Position numbers and translations under genes: made by a program. Shown one piece after another: positions 7,556 through 15,284 of a DNA stretch of 38,668 bases. Origin of the DNA: Patescibacteria group bacterium (lineage in GTDB: Bacteria > Patescibacteriota > Patescibacteriia > 2-12-FULL-60-25). The stretch covers positions 1 to 38,668 of the forward strand of contig JAZDIB010000016.1 of assembly GCA_043805355.1 (NCBI GenBank), written 5' to 3'. The first letter of the stretch is position 1. The number at the start of each line of letters is the position of its first letter. Below the pieces are notes generated by a model that saw only the letters and a list, made by a program, of their open reading frames with translations, did no database searches and was not told where the DNA came from.

Positions 7556-8064
7556 GTCCGTTCGATGATCTTCAGCGCTTCGACAAGACTCCTTGAATAC
7601 AAGGGATAGAGTTCTTTGTAGACGCCGATGACCGTGTCGTTCTCGCGTTCCTTGAACAGTTCGACGATCGTCTCCCCCCGATCGACGAACTCCGTCATCC
7701 AATGGACGGCAACGGAGATGCGCTTTTCCCCATCAGCCAAGACGCGGCTGATGGGATCCGCGCCCTTGTACTTGTACAGGCAGGGATGGACATTGATCGC
7801 CTTGTAGCGGTTCAGGAGACGTGCCTTGATGATTTGGCGGCCGTGGCAGCAGACGAAGAGGTCGGCGCCGAGACCGTCCAGGTAATCCACGAATTCGTCG
7901 AGATTCACGTTCTTCGGTTTCTGGACGTTCAGCCCATGGGCCAACGCGACGGACTCGACCGGATCGTCCACCGGGACCACGCAGACGACCTTGTGGCCGA
8001 GGGCCATCAGGGTCAGGAGACCGACGACGCCCGACTGACGCCCGCCGTAATAGACGATGTTCAT
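7552..8064 (-). CDS. Formyltransferase N-terminal-domain-like protein (truncated, 170 aa)
   Basis: ATG at 8064, in an ATGA overlap with the pseI stop. INVHPCLYKYKGADPI resembles the N-x-H...SLLPxxRG motif of Formyl_trans_N. VDRGETI supplies the third catalytic-type Asp. There is no C-terminal domain. Confidence 0.55.
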   Translation of the reverse strand: MNIVYYGGRQSGVVGLLTLMALGHKVVCVVPVDDPVESVALAHGLNVQKPKNVNLDEFVDYLDGLGADLFVCCHGRQIIKARLLNRYKAINVHPCLYKYKGADPISRVLADGEKRISVAVHWMTEFVDRGETIVELFKERENDTVIGVYKELYPLYSRSLVEALKIIERT

Positions 8065-9122
8065 ATGATCAGTTCCCAGGATAAGGGGGTCCCGCGTTCG
8101 ATGTTCCGTCGGGCCCGCTTCCCGAGCACGTCCGGCAGTTCCTTCGGCGGGAGTCCGTACCCCGGGCGGATGCACCGGACGTTCTCCCGACTGAATGCTT
8201 CGCCTTCCGCGATGTCCGAAACGACGAACAGCGAACGACGGAACACGAGGTTCTCGGCTTCCTTCGGTCCGGCCGAATACGTCGGGACGCCGATCGCGGC
8301 CTCCGTCTCCCGGATTGCCCTGACCAACCCCTTCATCTCTTCCGGTTCCAACGAAAAGGCCGCGTCCGGTCCGCCGTCGCTCCGTCGGAGCGTGAAATGC
8401 TTTTCGACGATCGAAGCCCCCAACGCCACGGCCGCGACCGCCGTCGTCGTCCCCAACGTATGGTCGGACAACCCGACGACGGCGCCAAGCTGCCGTTCCA
8501 GGTCGGGAATCGTTGCTAGGTTCATCTGGCTCGGCTCTGCCGGATACGAACTCACGCAATGCAGGACCGCGACACCAGATACGCCCGCGTCCCGCAGGAC
8601 GTCCAACGCCGCGCGGACGTCGTCGAGAGGGGTCAGGCCGCGGGACATGATGACCGGCTTTCCGGTCGAACCGATGCGCTTCAGGAGTTCCAGATCCCCC
8701 GATTCGAACGACGCGACCTTGTACAGCGGGACCTCCAGCGTCTCCAGGAAATCGACCGCCGTCTCGTCGAACGGGGTCGAAAAGACCGTCAGCCCCTTCT
8801 GTTCCCCATAGGCCTTCATCTCCGCCTGCCATTCCCACGGCGTGAAGGCCGACTGATAGAGGCGATACAGCGTCTGACCTTTCCACGCGTCATTCACGCG
8901 GACCTGGAAATACTCGTTCTCGCAGTCGATCGTCAGCGTGTCGGGAGTGTACGTCTGCAGTTTCACGGCATCGACGCCGGCCTCCGCGGCGGCATCGATC
9001 AGACGGAAGGCTTTCTCCTTTTCCTGCTGGTGGTTGCCGGAAATCTCCGCGATGATGAACGTCGGAAATCCTTTTCCTATCCTTCGTTCGCCCTTCGGCG
9101 TCTGAAAACGGATGTCTTGCAT
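8061..9122 (-). CDS. pseI: Pseudaminic acid synthase-like NeuB-family nonulosonate synthase with a C-terminal SAF domain
   Basis: 353 aa with FIIAEISGNHQQ, LSDHTLG and a C-terminal SAF-like segment (FVVSDIAEGEAF..ENVRCIRPGYGL). It lies in the same operon as pseB and pseC. Confidence 0.8.
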   Translation of the reverse strand: MQDIRFQTPKGERRIGKGFPTFIIAEISGNHQQEKEKAFRLIDAAAEAGVDAVKLQTYTPDTLTIDCENEYFQVRVNDAWKGQTLYRLYQSAFTPWEWQAEMKAYGEQKGLTVFSTPFDETAVDFLETLEVPLYKVASFESGDLELLKRIGSTGKPVIMSRGLTPLDDVRAALDVLRDAGVSGVAVLHCVSSYPAEPSQMNLATIPDLERQLGAVVGLSDHTLGTTTAVAAVALGASIVEKHFTLRRSDGGPDAAFSLEPEEMKGLVRAIRETEAAIGVPTYSAGPKEAENLVFRRSLFVVSDIAEGEAFSRENVRCIRPGYGLPPKELPDVLGKRARRNIERGTPLSWELII

Positions 9123-9132
9123 GTCGATATCG

Positions 9133-10284
9133 TCAACCGTACTCCTGGTGACGTTTCATCAGGTTCCCGTCGGCATCGCGCGTCAATCCGCCCGAAGCAT
9201 CCGTCAGGAACAGGGACTTGTCCGTGAACGCATCCACGACGCGATCGAATTCGGATTGCGTCACCTTGAAGAACTCCAGGAATTCCTTGACGCCCTTCTT
9301 CGGGTATTTACCGTCATATTCCTTCACGATCCCCACGGCCTCCTCCCGGGCCATACGGCCGTTGCGGATATCCGTGCATGCGTGGTCCGTCGCCCGTCCG
9401 AACCCGAATTTGACGAACTTCATGTAGTCATGGACCGCCACCATGTTGTCGTCGAGGTTCTCGAAGTTGGTGTAGGTCCCTTCGACCACGCCGTCCTCCT
9501 TCACGGAGAAACCGAACTGGGTCCGCATGAGCTCGGTCTGCGGACGCGCGTCCCACTTGAAGAAGTAGCCGAGGAACGCGCCCGTGATGCCGGCCGCCGC
9601 AAGCTCCTCTTCCGTCGGGTAGAGATACGACACGAGGTCGGACCGCTGGATCCCTTCGACCCCGATCATGTCCTCCAGACGCTGCCCGAGCAGTCCGCCG
9701 AACTCCTCGAGCCAGCGCCGATCCAGGATATTCTTCATGCGTGCGGCCTTCGGTCCCCCGTATTCGAGCTGGGAGTTCTCCCCCCAGATGATGAGCGGGA
9801 TGCCGAGCTTGACCGCCAGGCGCACCGGGAGCGTGAAGATGCCGAGATGGTTCGGCCATTCGTGGTCCCCCACGCGGCGGAACCCTTCCAGGCACATCTT
9901 CTTGTACACGACCGGATTCTTCTCGAAGAGCATGAGGTCGCATCCGAACGCGGATTTGATGTTGTCCAGGTTCTTTCGCCCGAGCGGTGTCCGATTCGTC
10001 GTCTCGAAGCTCACCAGCAAGGGGTTCATGCCGTACAGCTTCTTCACGACGTAGACTTGATATGTGCTGTCCTTGCCGCCGCTCACCGGGACGATGCAGT
10101 CGTACCTCGTCCCGCTCGTGTCACGGTGCTTCTCCAGGAGCTCCTCGAATTCCTTCTTGCGCGCGTCCCAATCGATCGTCTTCTTCAGTTCCGCGGAACG
10201 GCATGCGTCGCAGACGCCCTCCTCGTCGAAGAAGAGGTCGGGCTTCGTGTTCGGCATCACGCATTTCCGGCAGTACTGGAACAT
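9133..10284 (-). CDS. N-acetyl sugar amidotransferase (PP-loop ATPase; WbuX/PseA/LfnA family)
   Basis: N-terminal zinc ribbon CRKCVMPNTKP...CDAC. PP-loop VPVSGGKDSTY. Adjacent to the HisH/HisF paralogs, as in known acetamidino-sugar loci. Confidence 0.85.
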   Translation of the reverse strand: MFQYCRKCVMPNTKPDLFFDEEGVCDACRSAELKKTIDWDARKKEFEELLEKHRDTSGTRYDCIVPVSGGKDSTYQVYVVKKLYGMNPLLVSFETTNRTPLGRKNLDNIKSAFGCDLMLFEKNPVVYKKMCLEGFRRVGDHEWPNHLGIFTLPVRLAVKLGIPLIIWGENSQLEYGGPKAARMKNILDRRWLEEFGGLLGQRLEDMIGVEGIQRSDLVSYLYPTEEELAAAGITGAFLGYFFKWDARPQTELMRTQFGFSVKEDGVVEGTYTNFENLDDNMVAVHDYMKFVKFGFGRATDHACTDIRNGRMAREEAVGIVKEYDGKYPKKGVKEFLEFFKVTQSEFDRVVDAFTDKSLFLTDASGGLTRDADGNLMKRHQEYG

Positions 10285-10288
10285 AACA

Positions 10289-10936
10289 TCACGCCTTCTC
10301 GAGGAGGAACATCTGGGTCACATTCTCGCTCCCGAGCATCGGATACTTCCGTTCCATGACGAGCTTCATGCCGGGGAATCGCTCAAGGTATGCCGCGGCG
10401 AAATCACGTTTCCAGAGCAGGTCCGTCCGTCCGTGGTACGGGATGTTCGTGAGCGTCGGGGCGAAATATTCGAACCCCCAGACGTATCGCCCGGAGACCC
10501 GCACGATCTCATCCATCGCCTTCGGCAGATTTTCCGGAGCGATATGGATGAGCACGCCCGAGGTGTAGGAAAGGTCGAACCACCCGTCCTTGAACGGAAG
10601 GTCGAGGACGTTCCCCTTGATGATGCTCACGTCTGGATGGATGCGCTTCGCCTCGCGGATGGCGTGGTCGTTGACGTCGATGCCGAGGAGGTCCGTGAAC
10701 CCCATGCGCCGGAGCATCTCCAGCTGCAGCCCGATATTCGCGCCGACCTCCAAGACGCGGATTCCCCGATCCAACGCGCCGAGGAATTCCTCGTTCATCT
10801 CCTTGCGCGGGACGCCATAATCCTTCGCGTGCAGCTCCTCGAGGCCATCCACGGATTGCGGGTTGCGGTCCGTGTATGCGGATCCGAACTCGTTCCCCCA
10901 CGTCTCGCCTTGTGTCGTCGACATCGTCTGCGTCAT
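10289..10936 (-). CDS. Class I SAM-dependent methyltransferase (pseudaminic-acid-biosynthesis-associated methylase type)
   Basis: 215 aa. SAM motif I VLEVGANIG, then DLPFKDGWFD and GVLIHI. Positioned between the amidotransferase and the HisF paralog. Confidence 0.75.
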   Translation of the reverse strand: MTQTMSTTQGETWGNEFGSAYTDRNPQSVDGLEELHAKDYGVPRKEMNEEFLGALDRGIRVLEVGANIGLQLEMLRRMGFTDLLGIDVNDHAIREAKRIHPDVSIIKGNVLDLPFKDGWFDLSYTSGVLIHIAPENLPKAMDEIVRVSGRYVWGFEYFAPTLTNIPYHGRTDLLWKRDFAAAYLERFPGMKLVMERKYPMLGSENVTQMFLLEKA

Positions 10937-10986
10937 ACGAAAAAATATCGAGGAATGATGCGCTGCTGGATGCTAGTAAACCAGCA

Positions 10987-11736
10987 TCAAATGCGCGTGT
11001 CAATGCCGTTGGCGCGCAAAAAATCCTTCACGTTCGCGGGCGTGACCTGCGTGTATTGAAAGATGCTCGCCGCAGCGACCGCAGATGCCCCGCCCTCCCT
11101 GACGGCCTGGACGAAGTGGTCGAGCGAGCCCGCTCCGCCGCACGCGATGACCGGGATATGGACCGCGGACGTGACGCGACTGACGAGCTCGATATCGTAT
11201 CCCTCCATCGTGCCGTCGCGGTCGATGGACGTGAGGAGGATCTCCCCTGCCCCGCGACGTTCCGCCTCCGCGGCCCACGCGTCCGGCGTCCGGCCGGTCG
11301 CCGTCCGACCGGAATCGCCGAAGACCTCGTACCCGTCGCCGACCTTCCGCGCATCGATGGACACGACGACGCACTGGCATCCATACCTCGAGGACGCTTC
11401 GTCGATGAGCTCGGGACGGGCAAGCGCGGCGGAATCGACGATGACCTTGTCCGCACCCGCGTTGAGGGCCGTTTGCACGTCGACGAGCGTCCTGATGCCC
11501 CCGCCGATAGCGAGGGGCATGAAGCACTCCTTCGCTGCGTCCCGAAGGAGCTCCGTCTTCAATCCGCTCACTGAGGCGTCCAAGTCCAGGAATGCCATCT
11601 CATCCACGTCGCGGCCGTTGAACACGCGGACCGCGGCGATGATGTTGCCGATGTTGCGGTGCTCCGCGAACCGGACGCTCTTCACGAGGCGCAGGTCCTT
11701 GACGGTCAGGCACGGGATGACCCTGGTCTTCAGCAT
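10987..11736 (-). CDS. hisF: HisF-like cyclase subunit paralog (WbuZ/AglZ-type acetamidino modification protein)
   Basis: ATG at 11736 inside track ORF 10987-12186. Motifs MLKTRVIPCLTVKD, AIGGGIRT and IACGGAGS. The glycan-locus context argues against a histidine-biosynthesis role. Confidence 0.85.
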   Translation of the reverse strand: MLKTRVIPCLTVKDLRLVKSVRFAEHRNIGNIIAAVRVFNGRDVDEMAFLDLDASVSGLKTELLRDAAKECFMPLAIGGGIRTLVDVQTALNAGADKVIVDSAALARPELIDEASSRYGCQCVVVSIDARKVGDGYEVFGDSGRTATGRTPDAWAAEAERRGAGEILLTSIDRDGTMEGYDIELVSRVTSAVHIPVIACGGAGSLDHFVQAVREGGASAVAAASIFQYTQVTPANVKDFLRANGIDTRI

Positions 11737-11743
11737 ATCCGCA

Positions 11744-12361
11744 TCATGCGATCTCCAGGAAATTCTTGAGCAGCGCAAGCCCGCTCTTCTGGCTTTTTTC
11801 CGGATGGAACTGCACACCCATGACGTTCCCGTGACGGACCGCGGCCGTGAACCGTTCGCCGTAGTCGCACGTCGCGATGACATCGGAATCTTCCGTCCCG
11901 TCGAAGAAAAAGCTGTGCACAAAATAGAAGATGGGCGATGCAATCCCGTCGAAAAGCGCTTCGCCAGGTTTCGGTTCGACATCGTCCCATCCGACATGCG
12001 GGACGCGGAACCGCTTCTCGTCGACGCGGAACCGACGGACGCGGCCGTGAATCCATCCGAGCCCCTCGTTCTCGCCTCCCTCCTCCCCCATATCGGCGAG
12101 GAGCTGCATCCCGAGGCAGATGCCGAGGAACGGTTTTCGCTTCTCGATTGCCTCGTGCGTGAGGACGTCAACGAGGCCGTGCGCACGGAGGTTCCGCATG
12201 CCGTCGCCGAACGCGCCGACGCCCGGAAGCACGATGTGTGTCGCGTCCTCGAAGGCCTCGGCGCGCGCCGTAATCGTCGCGTCCGCGCCCAACGAAAGGA
12301 ACGCGTTCCGCACGGACGCGACGTTCCCCATGCCGTAATCCACGATTGCGACCTTGGCCAT
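11744..12361 (-). CDS. hisH: HisH-like glutamine amidotransferase subunit paralog (WbuY type)
   Basis: ATG at 12361 (MAKVAIVDYGMGN). Nucleophile motif GICLGMQLL and VQFHPEKS. Paired with the HisF paralog across a 7-nt gap. Confidence 0.88.
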   Translation of the reverse strand: MAKVAIVDYGMGNVASVRNAFLSLGADATITARAEAFEDATHIVLPGVGAFGDGMRNLRAHGLVDVLTHEAIEKRKPFLGICLGMQLLADMGEEGGENEGLGWIHGRVRRFRVDEKRFRVPHVGWDDVEPKPGEALFDGIASPIFYFVHSFFFDGTEDSDVIATCDYGERFTAAVRHGNVMGVQFHPEKSQKSGLALLKNFLEIA

Positions 12362-12363
12362 GT

Positions 12364-13110
12364 TCAGGAAGGCTTCACCGGCTTCTGCTCGCATGACGCG
12401 TTCAGGGACGCGACCTCCGGATGCTTGTCGAGAAAGGCGAGGGCCTGCACCGTATCGATGATCGATCCCGGCCTGTAGAGCTCCACATAGATCCGTTCGA
12501 TGAGGGCGAAGTCCTCGGGGTAATCCACGGTCAGCCGATGCCCACGCGAGAGATCCGGCGGAACGGGGACGGCCTGACCGATCCTGAACGCCCCCTTCCT
12601 GTTCTCCCAGATGTACGGCGTCGCATGTTCCTTCTCATACGGCTCCGTCGCTTCAGCCGCAGCCGTCTCGAGCGGGGCGAATCCGAAAACTTCCACATCG
12701 AGGCCGCGCGGGAACGACCGATGGCCAGGGATGATGTTGCTCACGTAATCCACGGACTGCGTCTCGAACGCCCCGATGAACAGGTCGATGACGGTCGGAT
12801 CGATGAGCGGGCAATCCGACGTCACGCGGACGACCGTGTCCGCGCCCGCTTCCTTCGCCGCTCCGTGGTACCGCTCCAGGACGTCGTCGGACGAACCACG
12901 GAAACACTCGATGCCATTCTCCACGCAGAACGCCTCGACCGCATCGTCCTCCGGATTCGTGGTGGTCGCGACGATGACGCGGTCGACCTTCGTCGCCTTG
13001 CGGCACCGCACGACGACATGCCAGAGCATGGGCTTGCCAGCGAGCATCTTCAGGATCTTGCCGGGCAATCGCGTGGACCCCATCCGCGCTTGGATGATGC
13101 ATGCGGTCAT
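12364..13110 (-). CDS. SpsF-type cytidylyltransferase (CTP_transf_3 family), candidate CMP-pseudaminate synthetase
   Basis: ATG at 13110 (MTACIIQARMGSTRLPGKIL). 248 aa. Immediately downstream of pseC (2-nt gap). It is not the NeuA-like PseF type, so its role is assigned from position. Confidence 0.7.
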   Translation of the reverse strand: MTACIIQARMGSTRLPGKILKMLAGKPMLWHVVVRCRKATKVDRVIVATTTNPEDDAVEAFCVENGIECFRGSSDDVLERYHGAAKEAGADTVVRVTSDCPLIDPTVIDLFIGAFETQSVDYVSNIIPGHRSFPRGLDVEVFGFAPLETAAAEATEPYEKEHATPYIWENRKGAFRIGQAVPVPPDLSRGHRLTVDYPEDFALIERIYVELYRPGSIIDTVQALAFLDKHPEVASLNASCEQKPVKPS

Positions 13111-13112
13111 AG

Positions 13113-14240
13113 TCAAGCCAGGATGCCCCGGAGCGTCGAGATGACGGTCTGCTGGTCCTCCTCGCTCAACGTCGGGAAGATCGGAAGCGAGATCTCCGCC
13201 TCGGAAAACGCCTCGGCCTTCGGACAGGCGCCGACGGCATCTCCACGTCCCGCGTAGTACGGAAGCCGATGCACGGGGATGTAGTGGACCTGCACGCCGA
13301 TGCCCGCGTCGCGAAGTTTCGCGAACGCTTCGGCCCGGCGGCCGGCCCATGCGCCCCGGAGGCGGATCGGATAGATATGCCATCCGCAGCGGACGTCCTC
13401 GAGCTCCTGCGGGAGCTCGATTGACGGATGATCCGCGAACGCCTCGCGATACCGGGCGGCGATGGCGCGACGTGCCTCGATGAATCGCTCGAGCTTCTTC
13501 AGCTGCGAGGTCCCGAGTGCACATTGGAAGTCAGTGAGCCGCCCGTTCACGCCGAGCGCCTGCATCTCGTAATACCACGCGCCGGGCGAGGGGGTCCCCA
13601 GATGTTCCTTTGTGATGCCGTGGTTGCGGAACAGCCTCAAGCGTTCGGCATGTCCGGGGTCGTCCGTCGTGACGGCTCCGCCCTCCCCTGTCGTGATCGG
13701 CTTCACCGGATGGAAACTGAAGGCCGTCAGGTCCGCGATGGAACCGACCTTCCTCCCGTGGATCGCGGCACCGAGCGCATGGCACCCATCCTCGATGACG
13801 ATGAGCCCGTGGGCCTTCGCGATCTCCATGATGCGCAACATGTCCGCAGGATGTCCGGCATAGTCCACCGGGACGATGGCCTTCGTACGCGGCGTGATGG
13901 CAGCCTCGATCAGGTCCGGATCGATATTGCTGGTGCGCGGATCGACATCCACGAACACGGGCGTCGCCCCGAACCAGACGCCGGCATTGGACGTGGCCGC
14001 GAACGTGATGGGCGTGGTGATGAACTCGTCGCCATCCTTCAATCCCGCGACGAAGAACGACGCCATGAGAGCTACCATGCCGTTCGAGAAAGCGACGGCA
14101 TGCTTCGCGCCGACGGCATCCGCCAAGGCGCGCTCGAACGATTCGACCGCCGGCCCCTGCGTCAGCCAGTCGGATTTCAAGACACGGACGACCGCTTCCA
14201 CGTCATCGTCCTCGATAGTCTGCCGACCGTACGGGATCAT
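13113..14240 (-). CDS. pseC: UDP-4-amino-4,6-dideoxy-N-acetyl-beta-L-altrosamine transaminase-like DegT-family aminotransferase
   Basis: ATG at 14240 (MIPYGRQTIEDDDV), in an ATGA overlap with the pseB stop. FSFHPVKPITTGEGGAV carries the PLP lysine. WHIYPIRL and VHYIPVHRLPYY follow. Confidence 0.85.
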   Translation of the reverse strand: MIPYGRQTIEDDDVEAVVRVLKSDWLTQGPAVESFERALADAVGAKHAVAFSNGMVALMASFFVAGLKDGDEFITTPITFAATSNAGVWFGATPVFVDVDPRTSNIDPDLIEAAITPRTKAIVPVDYAGHPADMLRIMEIAKAHGLIVIEDGCHALGAAIHGRKVGSIADLTAFSFHPVKPITTGEGGAVTTDDPGHAERLRLFRNHGITKEHLGTPSPGAWYYEMQALGVNGRLTDFQCALGTSQLKKLERFIEARRAIAARYREAFADHPSIELPQELEDVRCGWHIYPIRLRGAWAGRRAEAFAKLRDAGIGVQVHYIPVHRLPYYAGRGDAVGACPKAEAFSEAEISLPIFPTLSEEDQQTVISTLRGILA

Positions 14241-15226
14241 AGCGAGGCGAGAAGGTCCTTCAGGCCCTGTTCGTCCAGCCATTGCGGATTCGCCTCGCTG
14301 CCGTATGACGCCCCCTCGGGGAACCCCTTACCTTCCGCATATCGCGGCGCCAGCCCCTCATCGAAGACAAACTCGGGAAGTATGACGAAGTGCCCGTCGA
14401 ATTCCTTCGCTCGGCGGGCCTCCTCCGGCGTGACGAGGACCTCATGGAGCTTCTCGCCAGGACGGATGCCGATGACCTTCATCGCGCATTCCGGCGCCAA
14501 TGTGTGCAGGAGATCCTTCACGCGCATGCTCGGGATCTTCGGGATGAAGATTTCCCCGCCATGCATCGACTCGAGCGCGCGCATCACGAGCGCGACACCT
14601 TGGTCGAGCGTGATCCAGAAGCGCGTCATCTCCTCGTGCGTCAGTGTGACGACGCCGGTCTTCCGCTGTTCCTCGACGAGTTTCAGCAGGCTCCCCCGGC
14701 TGCCGAGGACGTTTCCGTACCGGACCGCGGACAGCTTCGTGCGTCCGCTCGAATACGAATTTCCGCTCACGATGAGCTTTTCCGCGCAGAGCTTGGTCGC
14801 GCCGTACAGGTTCGCGGGGTTGGCCGCCTTGTCCGTGGAGATGAGGAGGACCTTCTGCACCCCTCGATCGATGGCTGCTTCGATGACGTTTTTGGTCCCG
14901 ATGATGTTCGTCTGGATGGCCTCGAACGGGTTATATTCGAGCAACGGTACCTGCTTGAGCGCCGCGGCATGCACGACGAAATCCACGCCTTCGAACGCCC
15001 TCGAGAGACGGGAGGCGTCCCGGACGTCGCCGAGGAAGAACCTCAAGCGCCCGAGATGCTCCGCGAACGTGGATTGCATCTGCGACTGCTTCAGCTCGTC
15101 GCGGCTGAAGACGATGATGCGGCTCGCCGTCGTCTGCTCCAGGAGCGTGCGGACGAAACGCTGGCCGAAGGAGCCGGTTCCGCCGGTCACGAGGATGCTT
15201 TTTCCGTCCAGGAATTCGTAGGTCAT
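14237..15226 (-). CDS. pseB: UDP-N-acetylglucosamine 4,6-dehydratase (inverting), FlaA1/PseB type
   Basis: 329 aa. Motifs ILVTGGTGSFG, SRDELKQ, FFLGDVRD, STDKAANPANLYGATKLCAEK, MTRFWITLD, GGEIFIPKIPSM and IGIRPGEKLHEV. Close motif-by-motif resemblance to Helicobacter FlaA1. Confidence 0.9.
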   Translation of the reverse strand: MTYEFLDGKSILVTGGTGSFGQRFVRTLLEQTTASRIIVFSRDELKQSQMQSTFAEHLGRLRFFLGDVRDASRLSRAFEGVDFVVHAAALKQVPLLEYNPFEAIQTNIIGTKNVIEAAIDRGVQKVLLISTDKAANPANLYGATKLCAEKLIVSGNSYSSGRTKLSAVRYGNVLGSRGSLLKLVEEQRKTGVVTLTHEEMTRFWITLDQGVALVMRALESMHGGEIFIPKIPSMRVKDLLHTLAPECAMKVIGIRPGEKLHEVLVTPEEARRAKEFDGHFVILPEFVFDEGLAPRYAEGKGFPEGASYGSEANPQWLDEQGLKDLLASL

Positions 15227-15246
15227 ACGGGGATGATGTGGCGTCC

Positions 15247-15275
15247 GTTATAGCATCGGTCGACCGCGAACGCAA
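15247..15275 (-). promoter_or_regulatory. Candidate sigma70-type promoter upstream of pseB (TTGCGT-17 nt-TATAAC on the minus strand)
   Basis: -35 TTGCGT (complement of 15270-15275), exact 17-nt spacer, -10 TATAAC (complement of 15247-15252). The -10 lies 20 nt upstream of the pseB ATG, within a 58-nt gap. Pattern match only; the organism's promoter consensus is unknown. Confidence 0.35.
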
Positions 15276-15284
15276 GCATCGGGC

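Noticed and set aside
9112-10359. 415-aa plus-strand ORF antisense to the amidotransferase gene. Analogous long antisense ORFs lie at 11063-12478, 13428-15221, 17122-18384, 18384-19721, 20154-21527, 22941-24218, 24935-26047, 26169-27524, 27581-29128, 30620-31750 and 34038-35534.
   Set aside because: All have biased shadow-frame composition (R/E/D/H/P runs). Each is fully covered by an opposite-strand gene with clear motifs. None has an independent start context or a gap in the opposite-strand gene.
11744-12361. HisH/HisF pair (with 10987-11736) as part of a histidine biosynthesis operon
   Set aside because: No other his genes are adjacent. The pair is sandwiched between a WbuX-type amidotransferase/methylase and Pse genes. 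That is the established context of the acetamidino-sugar paralogs.
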